Both the position numbers and the translations under genes were made by a program. A stretch of 45,957 bases of DNA from Thermoplasmata archaeon (GTDB taxonomy: Archaea; Thermoplasmatota; Thermoplasmata; Thermoplasmatales; GCA-001856825): the NCBI GenBank assembly GCA_021827945.1, contig JAKATW010000141.1, forward strand, positions 1 through 45,957, given 5' to 3'. Under the pieces are notes generated by a model that saw only the letters and a list, made by a program, of their open reading frames with translations, had not been told where the DNA came from and did no database searches. Of the stretch, positions 27,178 to 37,918 are shown piece by piece (positions within the stretch are counted from its first letter, which is position 1; each line of letters begins with the position of its first letter).

Positions 27178-30045
27178 TTAAGAATAGGACAGGTAGTCGT
27201 ACATCAGTACTCCGTCTCCGCCCACCATCACTCCATCCTGGTATGCTGTGACAGATGAAGGTGTCACGTGGGAATTTACCACCCAGAAGCCACCCACCTG
27301 GTATAGGTACACATAGAATGTCATGTTCACAAGCATTTCATTTTGCATATGGAAATATTTCAATGCGACGGTGGGGTCACCTGTAGTAGCTCCGGCCAAA
27401 TATTCACCGGCCATTGCAGTGAGGTTGTTGTACTGTTCCTTCATGCCAGCGAGACTGCTCACTGGATTCGACGTGTTGTTGAACCACGATGGGTAGAAAC
27501 CGCTTGCACCTGGGAAGAAGCTGACGCTGCTTGGATATGCCATTGGTCCCATGTAATCAGTTGGGTAGGGATAGTCCGGGCCCCAGTTCATCAGATATAT
27601 TGGTGCAGGATTCTGACCGGCAACCATCCAGCCCAGAAGGGTGGGGATAGACGTGGGAACAACCGGAGTCTGAATGCCAGGAATTATTTGAGCAAGATAT
27701 TGTCCCCAGGTAGTAGCTCCTTCCACATCAACTGGATCGGCTGTCCAGACAAAAACAGGAATATTGAGAACCGCTCCTTTGTAAAGTATGTTGCCGTTAG
27801 CTGCTACCGACAGGCCCTCCATGGAAAAGTATTGAGAATTCTCAAAAGATGTCCAATTCTTTTCTGCGCCAGTCATGTCGAATTGTGGCAAAGAGACTCC
27901 TGCCGATATAAGCGATTGGTTGCTCTGGTAGCCTAGCATACCGTTTGGTAACATGCCGGCATATCCCGTTCCAAATGTCGTGTTATAGACTTCGTTTCCG
28001 ATCTGCTGTGCCAGGTAGTAAGAGTAATCATAGGCGTCTGCGAATGCCCTCCTTACCTGTATACTGTCGAAGAACGTCTGGGGAACATTAGCAGTCGGAT
28101 AAGCTGCTGATAGCAGAGTCTCGTTTATCTGTACGTTGAAGTCGTAGTAATATATCGATATGGTTGGGAACGAATATACGTCTACAGTTCCAGATTTGCT
28201 GAGTCCCTGAATCTGGTACCATGCGCTAGATGGGAAGTCTTTGGCTACTTGGGCGTACCCGGACTTGAGCATCAGGTATTGGGTAGACTCCTGACCTATG
28301 TACTCTATGATGACCATCGGAATTTTTGCCTTCACAGCGAATCCGTTTCCTGGAGGATTATAGTTGGGGTTTGCAACCAGAACTGTTTCGGAAGCTGGTA
28401 CTGTATAGTCGATCATGTAAGGTCCTGAAGCCATCTCGTTGTTCACCAGGTACGAAATGTAGTCGCCCGCACTGGCGTGTGCCTGATAGGCCTCAAAGTC
28501 CGAAGCGTTCCATCCAATCCCCCCTCCATGTGTCTGCACCCAGGATGCCTCGGTAATGAAAGCTCCACTTGTATCCCCCAGCGTCTCAAAAACAAGGGAT
28601 GGTGCCATTGGTAGCTGGTAGTGTATCGTGATGTTGTTAGTCGCGTTGTTCCAAGTGATGTTTTGGGTTATGTTCCAGAAGGTGTTGGAAGAGTAGTAAT
28701 TACCTGGTAACATGTACTGGGCGTTTATCCAGCCCGGTGTTCCCGGAGCTCCATTATCATAGAGAAGAAGCCTGGTGAGCGAGAATGCCACATCCCATGC
28801 TGTTACCTTGTTCCCGTCTGCGAAAGTCGCGTTTGATCTGATATGAATTGTATAGTTCTCATATGGCTTTATTGTCACGTTATAGCTTCCACCATTATAT
28901 CCTGCTAACGTAGAGTTTACCTTTACGGTATAATTGGCCCAATTTGTATTGATCCCACCATTGGTAGTGGTAGGCATATATGCAGCTAAATAAGGGAAGA
29001 ACTCAGAAGAACTGCTGCCATTGTATCCGAACAGAGTAGCCATTGTATTGAACGAAATCTCGAGGCTGACTCCATCGTAAGTTACTGCAGGATCAAGGGT
29101 CTTGTATCCGCCCGTTTCGGCCTCTGCATTGACAAATGTCCCTACCCCACCAGTTGGTGCAGAAAATACCGACGCAGAACTGAACACCGGTATGTCCTGA
29201 TAGTATTCTGTATTGAAGATTCCACTGGCAGCGTTAACAGATCCTGAGGTTGAGTTCACTGCAGCGGTAAAAGTGGTCAGTTCAACCTGATAGTAGCCGG
29301 CTGATAGGGTCAGGTTATATAGTGCGTTTCCGGTGGAAAGTTCGTAGATTCCTGCTGATTCATTGAAATAATATGGAAGTGCAATCGTAGTCAGCACCGA
29401 ATCATTATGTGATACCGTCAAGGTCTGAGAAACGACCTGGTAGGTTGGATTTGCTGGTGGAGTGAAGTAAGCAAGAAGCAGTGATAGGGTAGTTCCAGGG
29501 GCATAAATCCAACTGTTGTTCACTATGGGTGAAGCGGAAGAGGACTCTAATGCTATATCTCCATAGGAATTAGTAGCCGGAAGGGCAGAAGACGACACAC
29601 TCACTCCGATAGGCAATAACTCTTTGTTGCTGGAATATGCATTACCTGTAAAATTCACCGTATAGTACAGGTAATAATTTCCCGGTGAATCGTAGATATG
29701 AGATACATTCAGGTAATCCGAACCAGAATAGGGAATCACCTGTGGTGATCCGTCTCCCCAGAACAGATTTGCGCTTGAGAACTTACCGTTAGTCTTTATT
29801 GAGAGGTTGTATGGTTTGTTGTACTGTGCAACTGCGCCCGAATTTGACGAAGTTATGCTTGCCGACGTCCCCACTGGCACCGTTGGAGTAGGATGATAGA
29901 AGGCTAGAACTCCGAAGGCTGCGATAATTACTACCAGAACGACAATTATCGCATACCACTTGGTGTTGCGAGATCCTTGTTTTTTAGGTAGCGTAGGTGT
30001 TGGAGGGGATGCGGGTTGTTGATTATCTTTTTGATTATCTGTCAT
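27178..30045 (-). CDS. Membrane-anchored family-5 ABC solute-binding protein with an N-terminal PKD-like domain
   Basis: N-terminal TM anchor, WGDGS...SHIYDSPG.Y (PKD), TLDPA..YD, FADG..VTAWDV.FS, SGPY, VRRAF..AYD, WGPDYPYP.DY; AGGAGG ribosome-binding site; many N-x-S/T sequons. Confidence 0.9.
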   Translation of the reverse strand: MTDNQKDNQQPASPPTPTLPKKQGSRNTKWYAIIVVLVVIIAAFGVLAFYHPTPTVPVGTSASITSSNSGAVAQYNKPYNLSIKTNGKFSSANLFWGDGSPQVIPYSGSDYLNVSHIYDSPGNYYLYYTVNFTGNAYSSNKELLPIGVSVSSSALPATNSYGDIALESSSASPIVNNSWIYAPGTTLSLLLAYFTPPANPTYQVVSQTLTVSHNDSVLTTIALPYYFNESAGIYELSTGNALYNLTLSAGYYQVELTTFTAAVNSTSGSVNAASGIFNTEYYQDIPVFSSASVFSAPTGGVGTFVNAEAETGGYKTLDPAVTYDGVSLEISFNTMATLFGYNGSSSSEFFPYLAAYMPTTTNGGINTNWANYTVKVNSTLAGYNGGSYNVTIKPYENYTIHIRSNATFADGNKVTAWDVAFSLTRLLLYDNGAPGTPGWINAQYMLPGNYYSSNTFWNITQNITWNNATNNITIHYQLPMAPSLVFETLGDTSGAFITEASWVQTHGGGIGWNASDFEAYQAHASAGDYISYLVNNEMASGPYMIDYTVPASETVLVANPNYNPPGNGFAVKAKIPMVIIEYIGQESTQYLMLKSGYAQVAKDFPSSAWYQIQGLSKSGTVDVYSFPTISIYYYDFNVQINETLLSAAYPTANVPQTFFDSIQVRRAFADAYDYSYYLAQQIGNEVYNTTFGTGYAGMLPNGMLGYQSNQSLISAGVSLPQFDMTGAEKNWTSFENSQYFSMEGLSVAANGNILYKGAVLNIPVFVWTADPVDVEGATTWGQYLAQIIPGIQTPVVPTSIPTLLGWMVAGQNPAPIYLMNWGPDYPYPTDYMGPMAYPSSVSFFPGASGFYPSWFNNTSNPVSSLAGMKEQYNNLTAMAGEYLAGATTGDPTVALKYFHMQNEMLVNMTFYVYLYQVGGFWVVNSHVTPSSVTAYQDGVMVGGDGVLMYDYLSYS

Positions 30046-30401
30046 TTAAAATTTCCTCCTATTCCAACTTCTTTAGACGAAGTACCTAGATAAGCCTTTT
30101 TATAAATGCAGCACTATTTTAGCAATTTATTTAACCTAATTAATCAAAATTAATTTTTTTAGGATATAGAGGATCACTTCACACATTTACGTGCGAATTT
30201 AATTCATCACCATCATCCAATCTAATTTACCGGAATTTTAGTTTGACCATAAACGTCACGAGTCATTTCATAGATATAACGTAAGGAGAAGGGAAAAAGG
30301 ACTTTCATTCCTGATATGTCAAAAGTAAAGTCTGTATTCGATTTCTATCGCACTTTCTATTTTATTCCATAAGAATTAATATCTTTTTTATATCGCAGGA
30401 A

Positions 30402-30830
30402 ATGGGCGCAAAGGTAGAATGGGTTGGGAATTACACTTTTCTGGTCTCAGGAGACTCAAGGCATTATACTATCCTAGATCACGCTGATAGTGTGGAATCC
30501 CAGAAGGGCAGTTCTCCGACCGAGCTTCTATTGGGGGCTATGTGTGGATGCAGTGCGATGGACGTTGTGTCTATCCTGAAAAAGAAAAGAGAAAATGTAG
30601 TGGGTCTCGAAGTGAGAGCGGATGCGAAGAGGGCACCTGAGTTTCCTAAGGTTTTTACAGAAGTCACGATGGAATATATAGTCCAAGGAGACGTGAGGAA
30701 GAAGAGTTTGGACAGTGCAATTTCACTGAGCCACAAGAAGTACTGTCACATATCAATCATGCTGGAGCGTTCCGGAGTTAAGTTCACTATCTCAAGTAAA
30801 ATCATCAAGGTCCCGTCTTCGACAAGTTGA
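30402..30830 (+). CDS. OsmC/Ohr-family protein (YhfA-like)
   Basis: G.SPTELLL.A.CGC.AMDV and KYC.IS conserved cysteines. Confidence 0.9.
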   Translation: MGAKVEWVGNYTFLVSGDSRHYTILDHADSVESQKGSSPTELLLGAMCGCSAMDVVSILKKKRENVVGLEVRADAKRAPEFPKVFTEVTMEYIVQGDVRKKSLDSAISLSHKKYCHISIMLERSGVKFTISSKIIKVPSSTS

Positions 30831-31050
30831 GTAATGATGTGTCCGGGAAAGAGCTGGTGAGTAGCTATTAAGCGACTTCCCAGCGTGTGCTTTCATGGAA
30901 AAGAATGAAGGGCGTGGTCTGTGACGAATATACTCAAGTGAAAGCCCTGTTTCTCAAGTCTTTAACCGCAAGATGTTGTATTTTTGTGAGGATTTTAAGT
31001 ACACAACCAATCGATGATAACATATTTATAGAAGTGCAAAATTAGGGAAA

Positions 31051-31533
31051 GTGCCAAATGTCTCCTATTACCGGTCTCTTAAGCAATCCCTATCAGAATG
31101 TTCCGATAGGGTGAAGGTGCTTGAAGAAGACATAGTCGAAAAGGAGAAGACCATAAGAGAAATGAAAGAACAGAATCTTAGATTCTCTGCAGATCTTGAG
31201 AACTTCCAGAAAAGAGTCGCAGAGGAATCTCTGAAGCTCTCAAACTATGCCTCTGAGAGGATCATAAAAGAGTTGTTGCCAGTACTAGACAGTCTGGACA
31301 ACGTGAAGGACGAGGGGACCCTCGCTTTAAGGAAGCAGATAGAGACTGTACTCTCGAAAGAAGGATTAGTGATAATAAACGACGACATGAAATTTGATCC
31401 AAACAGGCATGAGGCGATAGGACTGGAGGACGGTGGAGAGGTCAATACCATCAAAAAGGTGGTAAGGAAAGGATATGCAATCGGAGACAGAGTAATCAGG
31501 CCAGAGTTAGTAATTCTCAATAGAGGTGAATAA
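31051..31533 (+). CDS. grpE: Nucleotide exchange factor GrpE
   Basis: [33 protein letters not shown]; TTTATA about 26 bp upstream suggests a leaderless mRNA. Confidence 0.93.
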   Translation: MPNVSYYRSLKQSLSECSDRVKVLEEDIVEKEKTIREMKEQNLRFSADLENFQKRVAEESLKLSNYASERIIKELLPVLDSLDNVKDEGTLALRKQIETVLSKEGLVIINDDMKFDPNRHEAIGLEDGGEVNTIKKVVRKGYAIGDRVIRPELVILNRGE

Positions 31534-31534
31534 A

Positions 31535-33382
31535 ATGGAAAAAATATTAGGTATAGATCTAGGGACAAGCAATTCGCAAGCAGCCGTTATGATAGCGGGC
31601 AAACCTGTCGTTCTACCGAGTTCAGAGGGGACGACAATTGGAGGAAAGGCATTCCCGAGCTACGTTGCATTTACCAAGAGCGGAGAACTTTTGGTTGGAG
31701 AGCCTGCAAGAAGACAAGCACTGACGAACGCTGAGGGGACCATATACGCTTTCAAGAGGAGAATGGGCGAAGACTACAAGTTCAAGGTCAGAGGTAAGGA
31801 ATACTCTCCTCAGCAGGTATCAGCCTTCCTACTCCAGAAGATAAAGGACGATTCTGAAAAGTACCTGGGCGAGAAGATATCCAAGGCAGTCATAACTGTC
31901 CCAGCATATTTCAACGATAACCAGAGGCAAGCGACAAAGGATGCTGGTGCCATAGCCGGACTGGAAGTGGTCAGGATCATCAACGAACCCACGGCAGCCG
32001 CACTTGCATATGGCCTAGACAAGACTGAGGGAGAACACAGAATAATGGTTTTCGATCTCGGGGGTGGAACACTGGATGTCACCATAATGGAATTCAGCTC
32101 AGGCGTGTACGAGGTACTTTCAACGTCTGGAGACACTAAACTAGGTGGAACTGACATGGACGAGGCAGTGATCAACTACCTCGCATCAAAGTTCCAGCAA
32201 GAAAACGGGATAGATCTTAGGAAAGACAAGAATTCATACATCAGGCTCAAGGATGCGGCTGAAAAGGCAAAGATCGAGCTCTCAACATCGCTTTCTACAG
32301 AGATTAACCTTCCATACATTACAAGCGGCGCAGATGGCCCCAAGCACCTGCTGATCTCTATGACCAGGGCAGACCTTGAGAATCTTGTCAGGCCAACTAT
32401 CGACAGGGCAAAAAAACCAATTGAAGAAGCACTGAAGGGAGCAAAACTCACCTCTTCGGACATAAGCAAAGTGATACTGGTTGGAGGGCCAACCAGGATG
32501 CCTATCGTCAAGAAATTTGTAGAGGACATAATGGGCAAGAAAGTGGAGAGTGGTGTCGATCCGATGGAATGCGTGGCAATCGGGGCATCGATCCAGGGAG
32601 CTGTCTTAGCAGGAGAGGTGAAAGGAATAGTGTTGCTGGATGTCACTCCTCTCACTCTGAGCATTGAAACTCTAGGGGGGGTAGCCACTCCCTTGATTGC
32701 GGCGAACACAACGATCCCTACAAAGAAGTCACAAGTGTTCTCGACAGCTGCGGACAATCAGACTGCAGTAGAAATTGTCATAGTTCAGGGAGAAAGGCCG
32801 ATGGCGAGGGATAACACCTCTCTCGGAAGGTTCATGCTGGACGGGATTCCTCCCGCACCTAGAGGAATGCCACAGATTGAGGTGACGTTCGATATAGACT
32901 CGAACGGAATTCTTAATGTCGCCGCAAAAGACATGGCTACGAACAAGCAGCGTGGCATAACCATAACATCAAGCACAAAACTCAGCAAGGAAGAAATAAA
33001 CAGGATGAAAGAGGAAGCAAAGAAGTTTGAAGAGGAAGACAAGAAGAAGAAGGAAGAGATCGAGACGTTAAACAATGCCGAAACAATGGTATACACTACT
33101 GAAAAAACACTCAGTGATTATGGGGAGAAGATACCCCAGGATATCAAGGACAACATCAACGGCAAGCTGAAGGACCTTAAGGATGAGATACAGAAGAAGG
33201 ATATCTATTCCATAAAGGAGAAGATGGAAATACTGACGAAAGAGATACAGAAGATCGGAGAGTACATGTACAAGAACGTCAAATCCGATGAAAAACAGTC
33301 CACGCCGGAAGCCGAAACTTCTTCAAGCGCAAATCCTGGAGAGACTGAAATTCACGAAGATAAAGAAAATAAGGAACAATGA
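31535..33382 (+). CDS. dnaK: Hsp70 chaperone DnaK
   Basis: [41 protein letters not shown]; ATG 31535 follows GAGGTGA. Confidence 0.98.
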   Translation: MEKILGIDLGTSNSQAAVMIAGKPVVLPSSEGTTIGGKAFPSYVAFTKSGELLVGEPARRQALTNAEGTIYAFKRRMGEDYKFKVRGKEYSPQQVSAFLLQKIKDDSEKYLGEKISKAVITVPAYFNDNQRQATKDAGAIAGLEVVRIINEPTAAALAYGLDKTEGEHRIMVFDLGGGTLDVTIMEFSSGVYEVLSTSGDTKLGGTDMDEAVINYLASKFQQENGIDLRKDKNSYIRLKDAAEKAKIELSTSLSTEINLPYITSGADGPKHLLISMTRADLENLVRPTIDRAKKPIEEALKGAKLTSSDISKVILVGGPTRMPIVKKFVEDIMGKKVESGVDPMECVAIGASIQGAVLAGEVKGIVLLDVTPLTLSIETLGGVATPLIAANTTIPTKKSQVFSTAADNQTAVEIVIVQGERPMARDNTSLGRFMLDGIPPAPRGMPQIEVTFDIDSNGILNVAAKDMATNKQRGITITSSTKLSKEEINRMKEEAKKFEEEDKKKKEEIETLNNAETMVYTTEKTLSDYGEKIPQDIKDNINGKLKDLKDEIQKKDIYSIKEKMEILTKEIQKIGEYMYKNVKSDEKQSTPEAETSSSANPGETEIHEDKENKEQ

Positions 33383-33395
33383 GCTCTTGATGTGA

Positions 33396-34499
33396 ATGGG
33401 TAAGGATTATTACGCTGTACTGGGAGTAGATAGAAAGGCGTCCAAGGACGATATTAAGAAGGCATACAGGGACCTAGCAAAGAAGTACCATCCAGATCTG
33501 AACCCCCAGAACAAGAAAGAGGCAGAGGAAAAATTCAAAGAGATCAGCGAAGCATATGAAATCCTCATGGATGATCAGAAGAGGGCACGTTTCGATCAGT
33601 ACGGGGAGGAAGGAGTAAAGTTCCAGGGAGGATTTGACTGGAATCAGTTCCACCACTACCAGGATATCCAGGATATATTCGGAGACCTGTTCTCCCAGTT
33701 CGGTTTTGGGGGTGGAGGATTTGGGAACCCGTTCGGTGGGTTCTCGGGTCAGCAGAGGGAACTGAGGGGACAAGACGTTTACGTAGAGATTCCCATAGAC
33801 ATAAGGCGGATAGCGAGGGGCGAAAAGATCGAGGTGTACTACTTCAGGGAAATGAAGTGTGAAGAGTGCAATGGGACTGGCTCGTCAACAAAGAAGCTCC
33901 TGACATGCCCCACGTGCAGGGGACGCGGATACGTGGAGAGATCCTCCAATCAGGGGTTCATTGTCTTCAGGACCACTGAAGTCTGCAGGACATGCAATGG
34001 AAGGGGAAAGGTTCCAGAAAAGGTATGCCACGTCTGTTCAGGATCCGGATATACCAGAAAAAAGGACAAGATAGACATTTCACCGCCTCCTGGCATCCAT
34101 GAAGAAGAGGTTTACATACTGAGGGATAAGGGGAACTACAGACCCGGTGGCTCCGGAGACTTGAGAATAAAGTTTGACATCGATTACATGGAATTCAGAA
34201 GAGATAATGACGACCTGGAGAAGGACATTCAGGTAGACTTTATAGACGCCATTATGGGTGGAAAAGTAAAGGTCCAACTGTTGAGGGGAGAGAGGGAGGT
34301 GGACATACCAGCAGGGACTCAACCAGAGGAGAGAATAGTCCTGAAGGGAGAAGGTATCCAGAGGAAGAGCGGCAGGGCTAACGCTGACATAGTACTGAAG
34401 GCAAAGATAGCTCTTCCGAAGAAGATATCAAAGAAGCAGCGGGAGCTGCTCGAACAGTTCAAGAATGAGAAAGGTTTCTTTTCGCAGTTTCACTTGTGA
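33396..34499 (+). CDS. dnaJ: Co-chaperone DnaJ
   Basis: J domain with HPD, G/F-rich region, four CxxCxGxG repeats. Confidence 0.97.
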   Translation: MGKDYYAVLGVDRKASKDDIKKAYRDLAKKYHPDLNPQNKKEAEEKFKEISEAYEILMDDQKRARFDQYGEEGVKFQGGFDWNQFHHYQDIQDIFGDLFSQFGFGGGGFGNPFGGFSGQQRELRGQDVYVEIPIDIRRIARGEKIEVYYFREMKCEECNGTGSSTKKLLTCPTCRGRGYVERSSNQGFIVFRTTEVCRTCNGRGKVPEKVCHVCSGSGYTRKKDKIDISPPPGIHEEEVYILRDKGNYRPGGSGDLRIKFDIDYMEFRRDNDDLEKDIQVDFIDAIMGGKVKVQLLRGEREVDIPAGTQPEERIVLKGEGIQRKSGRANADIVLKAKIALPKKISKKQRELLEQFKNEKGFFSQFHL

Positions 34500-35188
34500 A
34501 TGGAGAAGTACATTCTCTTGTTATTCTTTCCCTTATTTTCGATCTTGTAAATCTCTATTTCGCCAACCTCAGAAGTGTTCTTGACATGAGTTCCGCCATC
34601 TGGCTGGATATCGATATCACCTATCCTGACAACGCGGAGAGTATCGGTTGAAGGAAGGAGTCGTAGATCGACCTTCAGTGCACCTTCCATTCTCAAGATT
34701 TCATCTCTCTTCATCGAGAGAACTGTCACTTCTTGATTTTTTCTAAGCTCTTCGTTGACCCTCGTCTGCAGTGACTTGGAAATTTCACTGTTCCAGTCTT
34801 TGAAATTGAAGTCTATCCGTGAGTAGTCTTGGTTTATCTGGTTACCAGTTATCATTGCTCCAAACTCCTTCATTGCTATAGATGATACAACATGAATTGC
34901 GGTATGTTGTCTCATGAGCAGGTAGCGTCTTTCCCAGTCGATTTTCAGCTTGACCTTCTCTCCCACTGTCGGCTGGAAATCTGTCCTATGCACAATCTCG
35001 TCCAGCTTGGTCACTTCCGTCACCTCATATTTTCTAGTCCCTTCCATTGTTCCAAGGTCGGATGGCTGTCCTCCGGATGCGGCATAGAATATGGTTCTGT
35101 CCAGTATCACTCCATCTCGAATCTCAAACACCTCCGCATCCAGTTCTCTAAGATATGAATCCTCGAGATATAGTTGAATTGTTTTCAT
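34490..35188 (-). CDS. alaX: Free-standing alanyl-tRNA editing protein AlaX (AlaX-M type)
   Basis: [42 protein letters not shown]; start re-called to ATG 35188. Confidence 0.9.
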   Translation of the reverse strand: MKTIQLYLEDSYLRELDAEVFEIRDGVILDRTIFYAASGGQPSDLGTMEGTRKYEVTEVTKLDEIVHRTDFQPTVGEKVKLKIDWERRYLLMRQHTAIHVVSSIAMKEFGAMITGNQINQDYSRIDFNFKDWNSEISKSLQTRVNEELRKNQEVTVLSMKRDEILRMEGALKVDLRLLPSTDTLRVVRIGDIDIQPDGGTHVKNTSEVGEIEIYKIENKGKNNKRMYFSIHK

Positions 35189-35214
35189 CGTCCCACTTCT
35201 GTTGAAGACATAGG

Positions 35215-35784
35215 TCACTTATCTATGTAAAACCAGTTATTTTCCTCGCTCGCAAAGTCTTCCCTCTCCTTCTTCGTGGTCTTTCTCAGTGCGAACTCAC
35301 AGAAATTGTCACCATCGGGTATTGCCTTGAGGTGTTGCAGCTTATAATTGGGATTGTAGGACATATATTTTGCAATATCGACGTAGCAGTACATCCTTCC
35401 AAGGTGATCCAGGCCTAGCTCCTTCCAAGTTTTCGCTAGCACGCACCCATAAGCGGCCTCTCTCTTTTCACCGTCTTTCTCAAATTCCTCAACCTTATCA
35501 TGCATACCGAATTCAGGCAATCCATAATATCTGCCCTTGTCAAAGTTCTCTGGTCTATTGGTGAGTCCCATCTTCTCGACCTCTTCCCTTGTCTTCTCTC
35601 CGATTTTCCTGCCATATTCCTTGATTGCCTTGGAAATCACCTCTTCGCCCTTCTTCTCTCCAAGCTCCCTCACCAGAGTCTCTGCATACGCAAGGTGAAG
35701 CAACGCGATCCTTCTGCTAGTTATCGCAATGTCCTCCTTTGCCCTCTCAATATCGACACTTCTATTTTTGTTCACATCAAACAC
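35215..35784 (-). CDS. ATC-hydrolase-family / V4R-like protein of unknown function
   Basis: Helical N-terminus (LVRELG...G...I..AI..YG...G), then C.LA..W...G...LG..YC.VD.A....YNP...L.H......GD..CEF, the pattern of the L-2-amino-thiazoline-4-carboxylate hydrolase family. Confidence 0.75.
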   Translation of the reverse strand: MFDVNKNRSVDIERAKEDIAITSRRIALLHLAYAETLVRELGEKKGEEVISKAIKEYGRKIGEKTREEVEKMGLTNRPENFDKGRYYGLPEFGMHDKVEEFEKDGEKREAAYGCVLAKTWKELGLDHLGRMYCYVDIAKYMSYNPNYKLQHLKAIPDGDNFCEFALRKTTKKEREDFASEENNWFYIDK

Positions 35785-35788
35785 ATCC

Positions 35789-36121
35789 TTATTCTGACTC
35801 TCCCTTTCTGAGATAGACTAGATCCTTTACTACTTTTAAATTCTTTACTGGTTCAACAACTAGATCAGTATCAACTTTCGTTTGACAGGCTAGTGATACC
35901 TTTCCGTTAACCGACACTGTACAATTGCTGCATATACCAATCTTGCAAGCGGTATGGCTATAATAAGAAATGGTACTGTCAAGGTTCTCATAGATATAAT
36001 CAAGAGCATCCAATACTGACATTCCTTCCTGTAGTGGTATTTGATAACTCTGGTAATTTGTCTTAGATCCGTGGGAATTTTCATTTCTGGCAATTTTAAT
36101 CGTAACCAATTTCTTTTCCAT
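35789..36121 (-). CDS. [2Fe-2S] ferredoxin corresponding to the SdhB N-terminal domain only
   Basis: GMSVLDALDYI.E.LD, CKIGICSNC...NG...LACQT, VVKDLV and then a stop; no 4Fe-4S/3Fe-4S domain; AGGTGA site before ATG 36121. Confidence 0.88.
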   Translation of the reverse strand: MEKKLVTIKIARNENSHGSKTNYQSYQIPLQEGMSVLDALDYIYENLDSTISYYSHTACKIGICSNCTVSVNGKVSLACQTKVDTDLVVEPVKNLKVVKDLVYLRKGESE

Positions 36122-36133
36122 TTTATTCACCTA

Positions 36134-37906
36134 TCAGTGTGCCCCTGGGGTGTCAGAGTGAGATTTCATCATCATCTTCATCATATCAAAATAGGGGAGT
36201 TTCCCTTCAGGTGGTCTTATACTGTCAAAATCCACAGACCTTGTTTCTGTCTTGAAACTATTCTTGTCCCTTTTGAATATGATCTCCTTTAACCAATTGT
36301 CATTGTCAGTGATTGGAATATCGGATCTATAATGAACTCCTCTGCTTTCTGTCCTTATCAAGGCTGCATTAGCAGATAATTCCAAGATGGTCAGTATATT
36401 CTCCAGCTCCAGAATTTCAATCAATTCCTTATTGTACTTGAGGGAAGAAACATCCTGTAGACAAGTGTGTCTATACTCTTCCTTCGCATTCTCTATGAAT
36501 TCTAGGTATTCTTCCAGTCCCTTTTCCGTCCTTATGGGTCCCAAATTACTGTATGTTTCCGTCTGAATTCGCTTCAAAAGACTAGATGGTTTATTCCCCC
36601 CCCTCCTAGAGAGAATACCATCGATTTTCTTCTCGAATTCCTGAATCTGATTTTGATCCAACTCCTTGAACTCTTTTCCATTTGCATAAGTAGCTGCACT
36701 TCCACCTGCAATTGCGCCTTCAACAAGCATTTCTGTGGTCGCAGCAACCACCCTATTTGCTCCAAAAATGCTCATGGTCGCTTCGCCTGCTGCAAAAAGT
36801 CCATTGAGAGTAGATGAGAATTTTTCATCGATAACAATTCCACCTTCAAAATACTCAGCAGATGGCCCAACCTCTACCCCGGAACCATGTACTAATTTAT
36901 CTTTCAGATTTGAAAAATCTGTGCCCTTGTATCTCCATTTCGGATAGATTTTCTCAACATTGGCGAATGCTTTCTCTTTTGAAACACCTTTCAGCGTGTA
37001 GAGGATGCTAGAGTGAGTAGTACCATTCCCATTGAGGATCTCTTGGTAAGTAGCAATAGATACGAAACTCTTGTTCCACTCCGTCGATGTTCCAATCTTT
37101 ACTACTTCTGGGTCATACGCGTCTAGAAACCTTTCATTTTTAGTATTAACAAGCTCTCCTCCCACCATGGAGTGAAGTATGTATGTGAAAATACTTCCAT
37201 TCCAGATAGGCGGCCAATGAGTAACGTTACAACAGAAAGTCACAAATTCCATATTTCCAAGAGAGGCTCCAGCTCTATAGGCTATTGCAAGACCATCGCC
37301 TGCAAGCTCACGTGAACCTGCATTGTATATGTAAGCTTTGTGCCAGCCCCCTGTTGCTATGACCACCGCCTTGGCCTTGAATATAATGAACTCTCCTGTC
37401 AGTACTCTTAGACCTATACCACCAGAAACTGTCCCCCTTGAAGTTAACAGTTCCAAGAACATGACATCGTTGATAAGCTTCACATTCAGCTCCTCGGCTT
37501 TCTTCAGCAGAGTGTGGGTGATGTTGAATCCTTCAGTGTCAATTGCGCGTTCCTCATCATAGTCCACTCTCATCCCCCAATCTATCAATTCCTCGACCAC
37601 CTTTGGTGCATCTTCTACATATCTCTTCACTAATTTCTGATTTCCTAAGAAGTAGCTCTGAGTTATAATATCGTTGAAGAATTTCTCCTTGTTGTCGGTT
37701 ACTACTCCCTTGAAACCTAGCTCGTTTAGACTCTTTCCGTCAAGAGTTAGGTCTGCTCCTGCCATAGGTGATGCCCCACATTTGGCGGCTTCTCCCTTAC
37801 TTATGAGGATAACCCTTGACCCATGATCTCCTGCTTCAATGGCTGCTCGTAAACCCGCACCTCCTCCTCCTACGACGAGGACATCAGCTTCAAGTGTGGA
37901 AGACAT
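36134..37906 (-). CDS. SdhA/FrdA/NadB-superfamily flavoprotein with a non-canonical active site
   Basis: GGGGAG, ATGG, GDG...AYRAGA..GNMEF, GLFAAGE, GANR and ESRGVHYR.D.P are retained; the covalent-FAD His and dicarboxylate motifs are altered (see findings). Confidence 0.9.
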   Translation of the reverse strand: MSSTLEADVLVVGGGGAGLRAAIEAGDHGSRVILISKGEAAKCGASPMAGADLTLDGKSLNELGFKGVVTDNKEKFFNDIITQSYFLGNQKLVKRYVEDAPKVVEELIDWGMRVDYDEERAIDTEGFNITHTLLKKAEELNVKLINDVMFLELLTSRGTVSGGIGLRVLTGEFIIFKAKAVVIATGGWHKAYIYNAGSRELAGDGLAIAYRAGASLGNMEFVTFCCNVTHWPPIWNGSIFTYILHSMVGGELVNTKNERFLDAYDPEVVKIGTSTEWNKSFVSIATYQEILNGNGTTHSSILYTLKGVSKEKAFANVEKIYPKWRYKGTDFSNLKDKLVHGSGVEVGPSAEYFEGGIVIDEKFSSTLNGLFAAGEATMSIFGANRVVAATTEMLVEGAIAGGSAATYANGKEFKELDQNQIQEFEKKIDGILSRRGGNKPSSLLKRIQTETYSNLGPIRTEKGLEEYLEFIENAKEEYRHTCLQDVSSLKYNKELIEILELENILTILELSANAALIRTESRGVHYRSDIPITDNDNWLKEIIFKRDKNSFKTETRSVDFDSIRPPEGKLPYFDMMKMMMKSHSDTPGAH

Positions 37907-37918
37907 TTTCAAGATTTA

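Noticed and set aside
30831-31050. Short stems (GGGAA/TTCCC, AGGGC/GCCCT) and a possible heat-shock operator upstream of grpE
   Set aside because: The stems are only 5 bp, no clear CIRCE or HSR1/Phr-type palindrome was seen, and no repressor gene is adjacent
36134-37906. L-aspartate oxidase (nadB) or a third true succinate dehydrogenase
   Set aside because: The QFHPT, RD and HY..GG residues shared by NadB and SdhA are absent, and there are no nadA/nadC or anchor genes nearby
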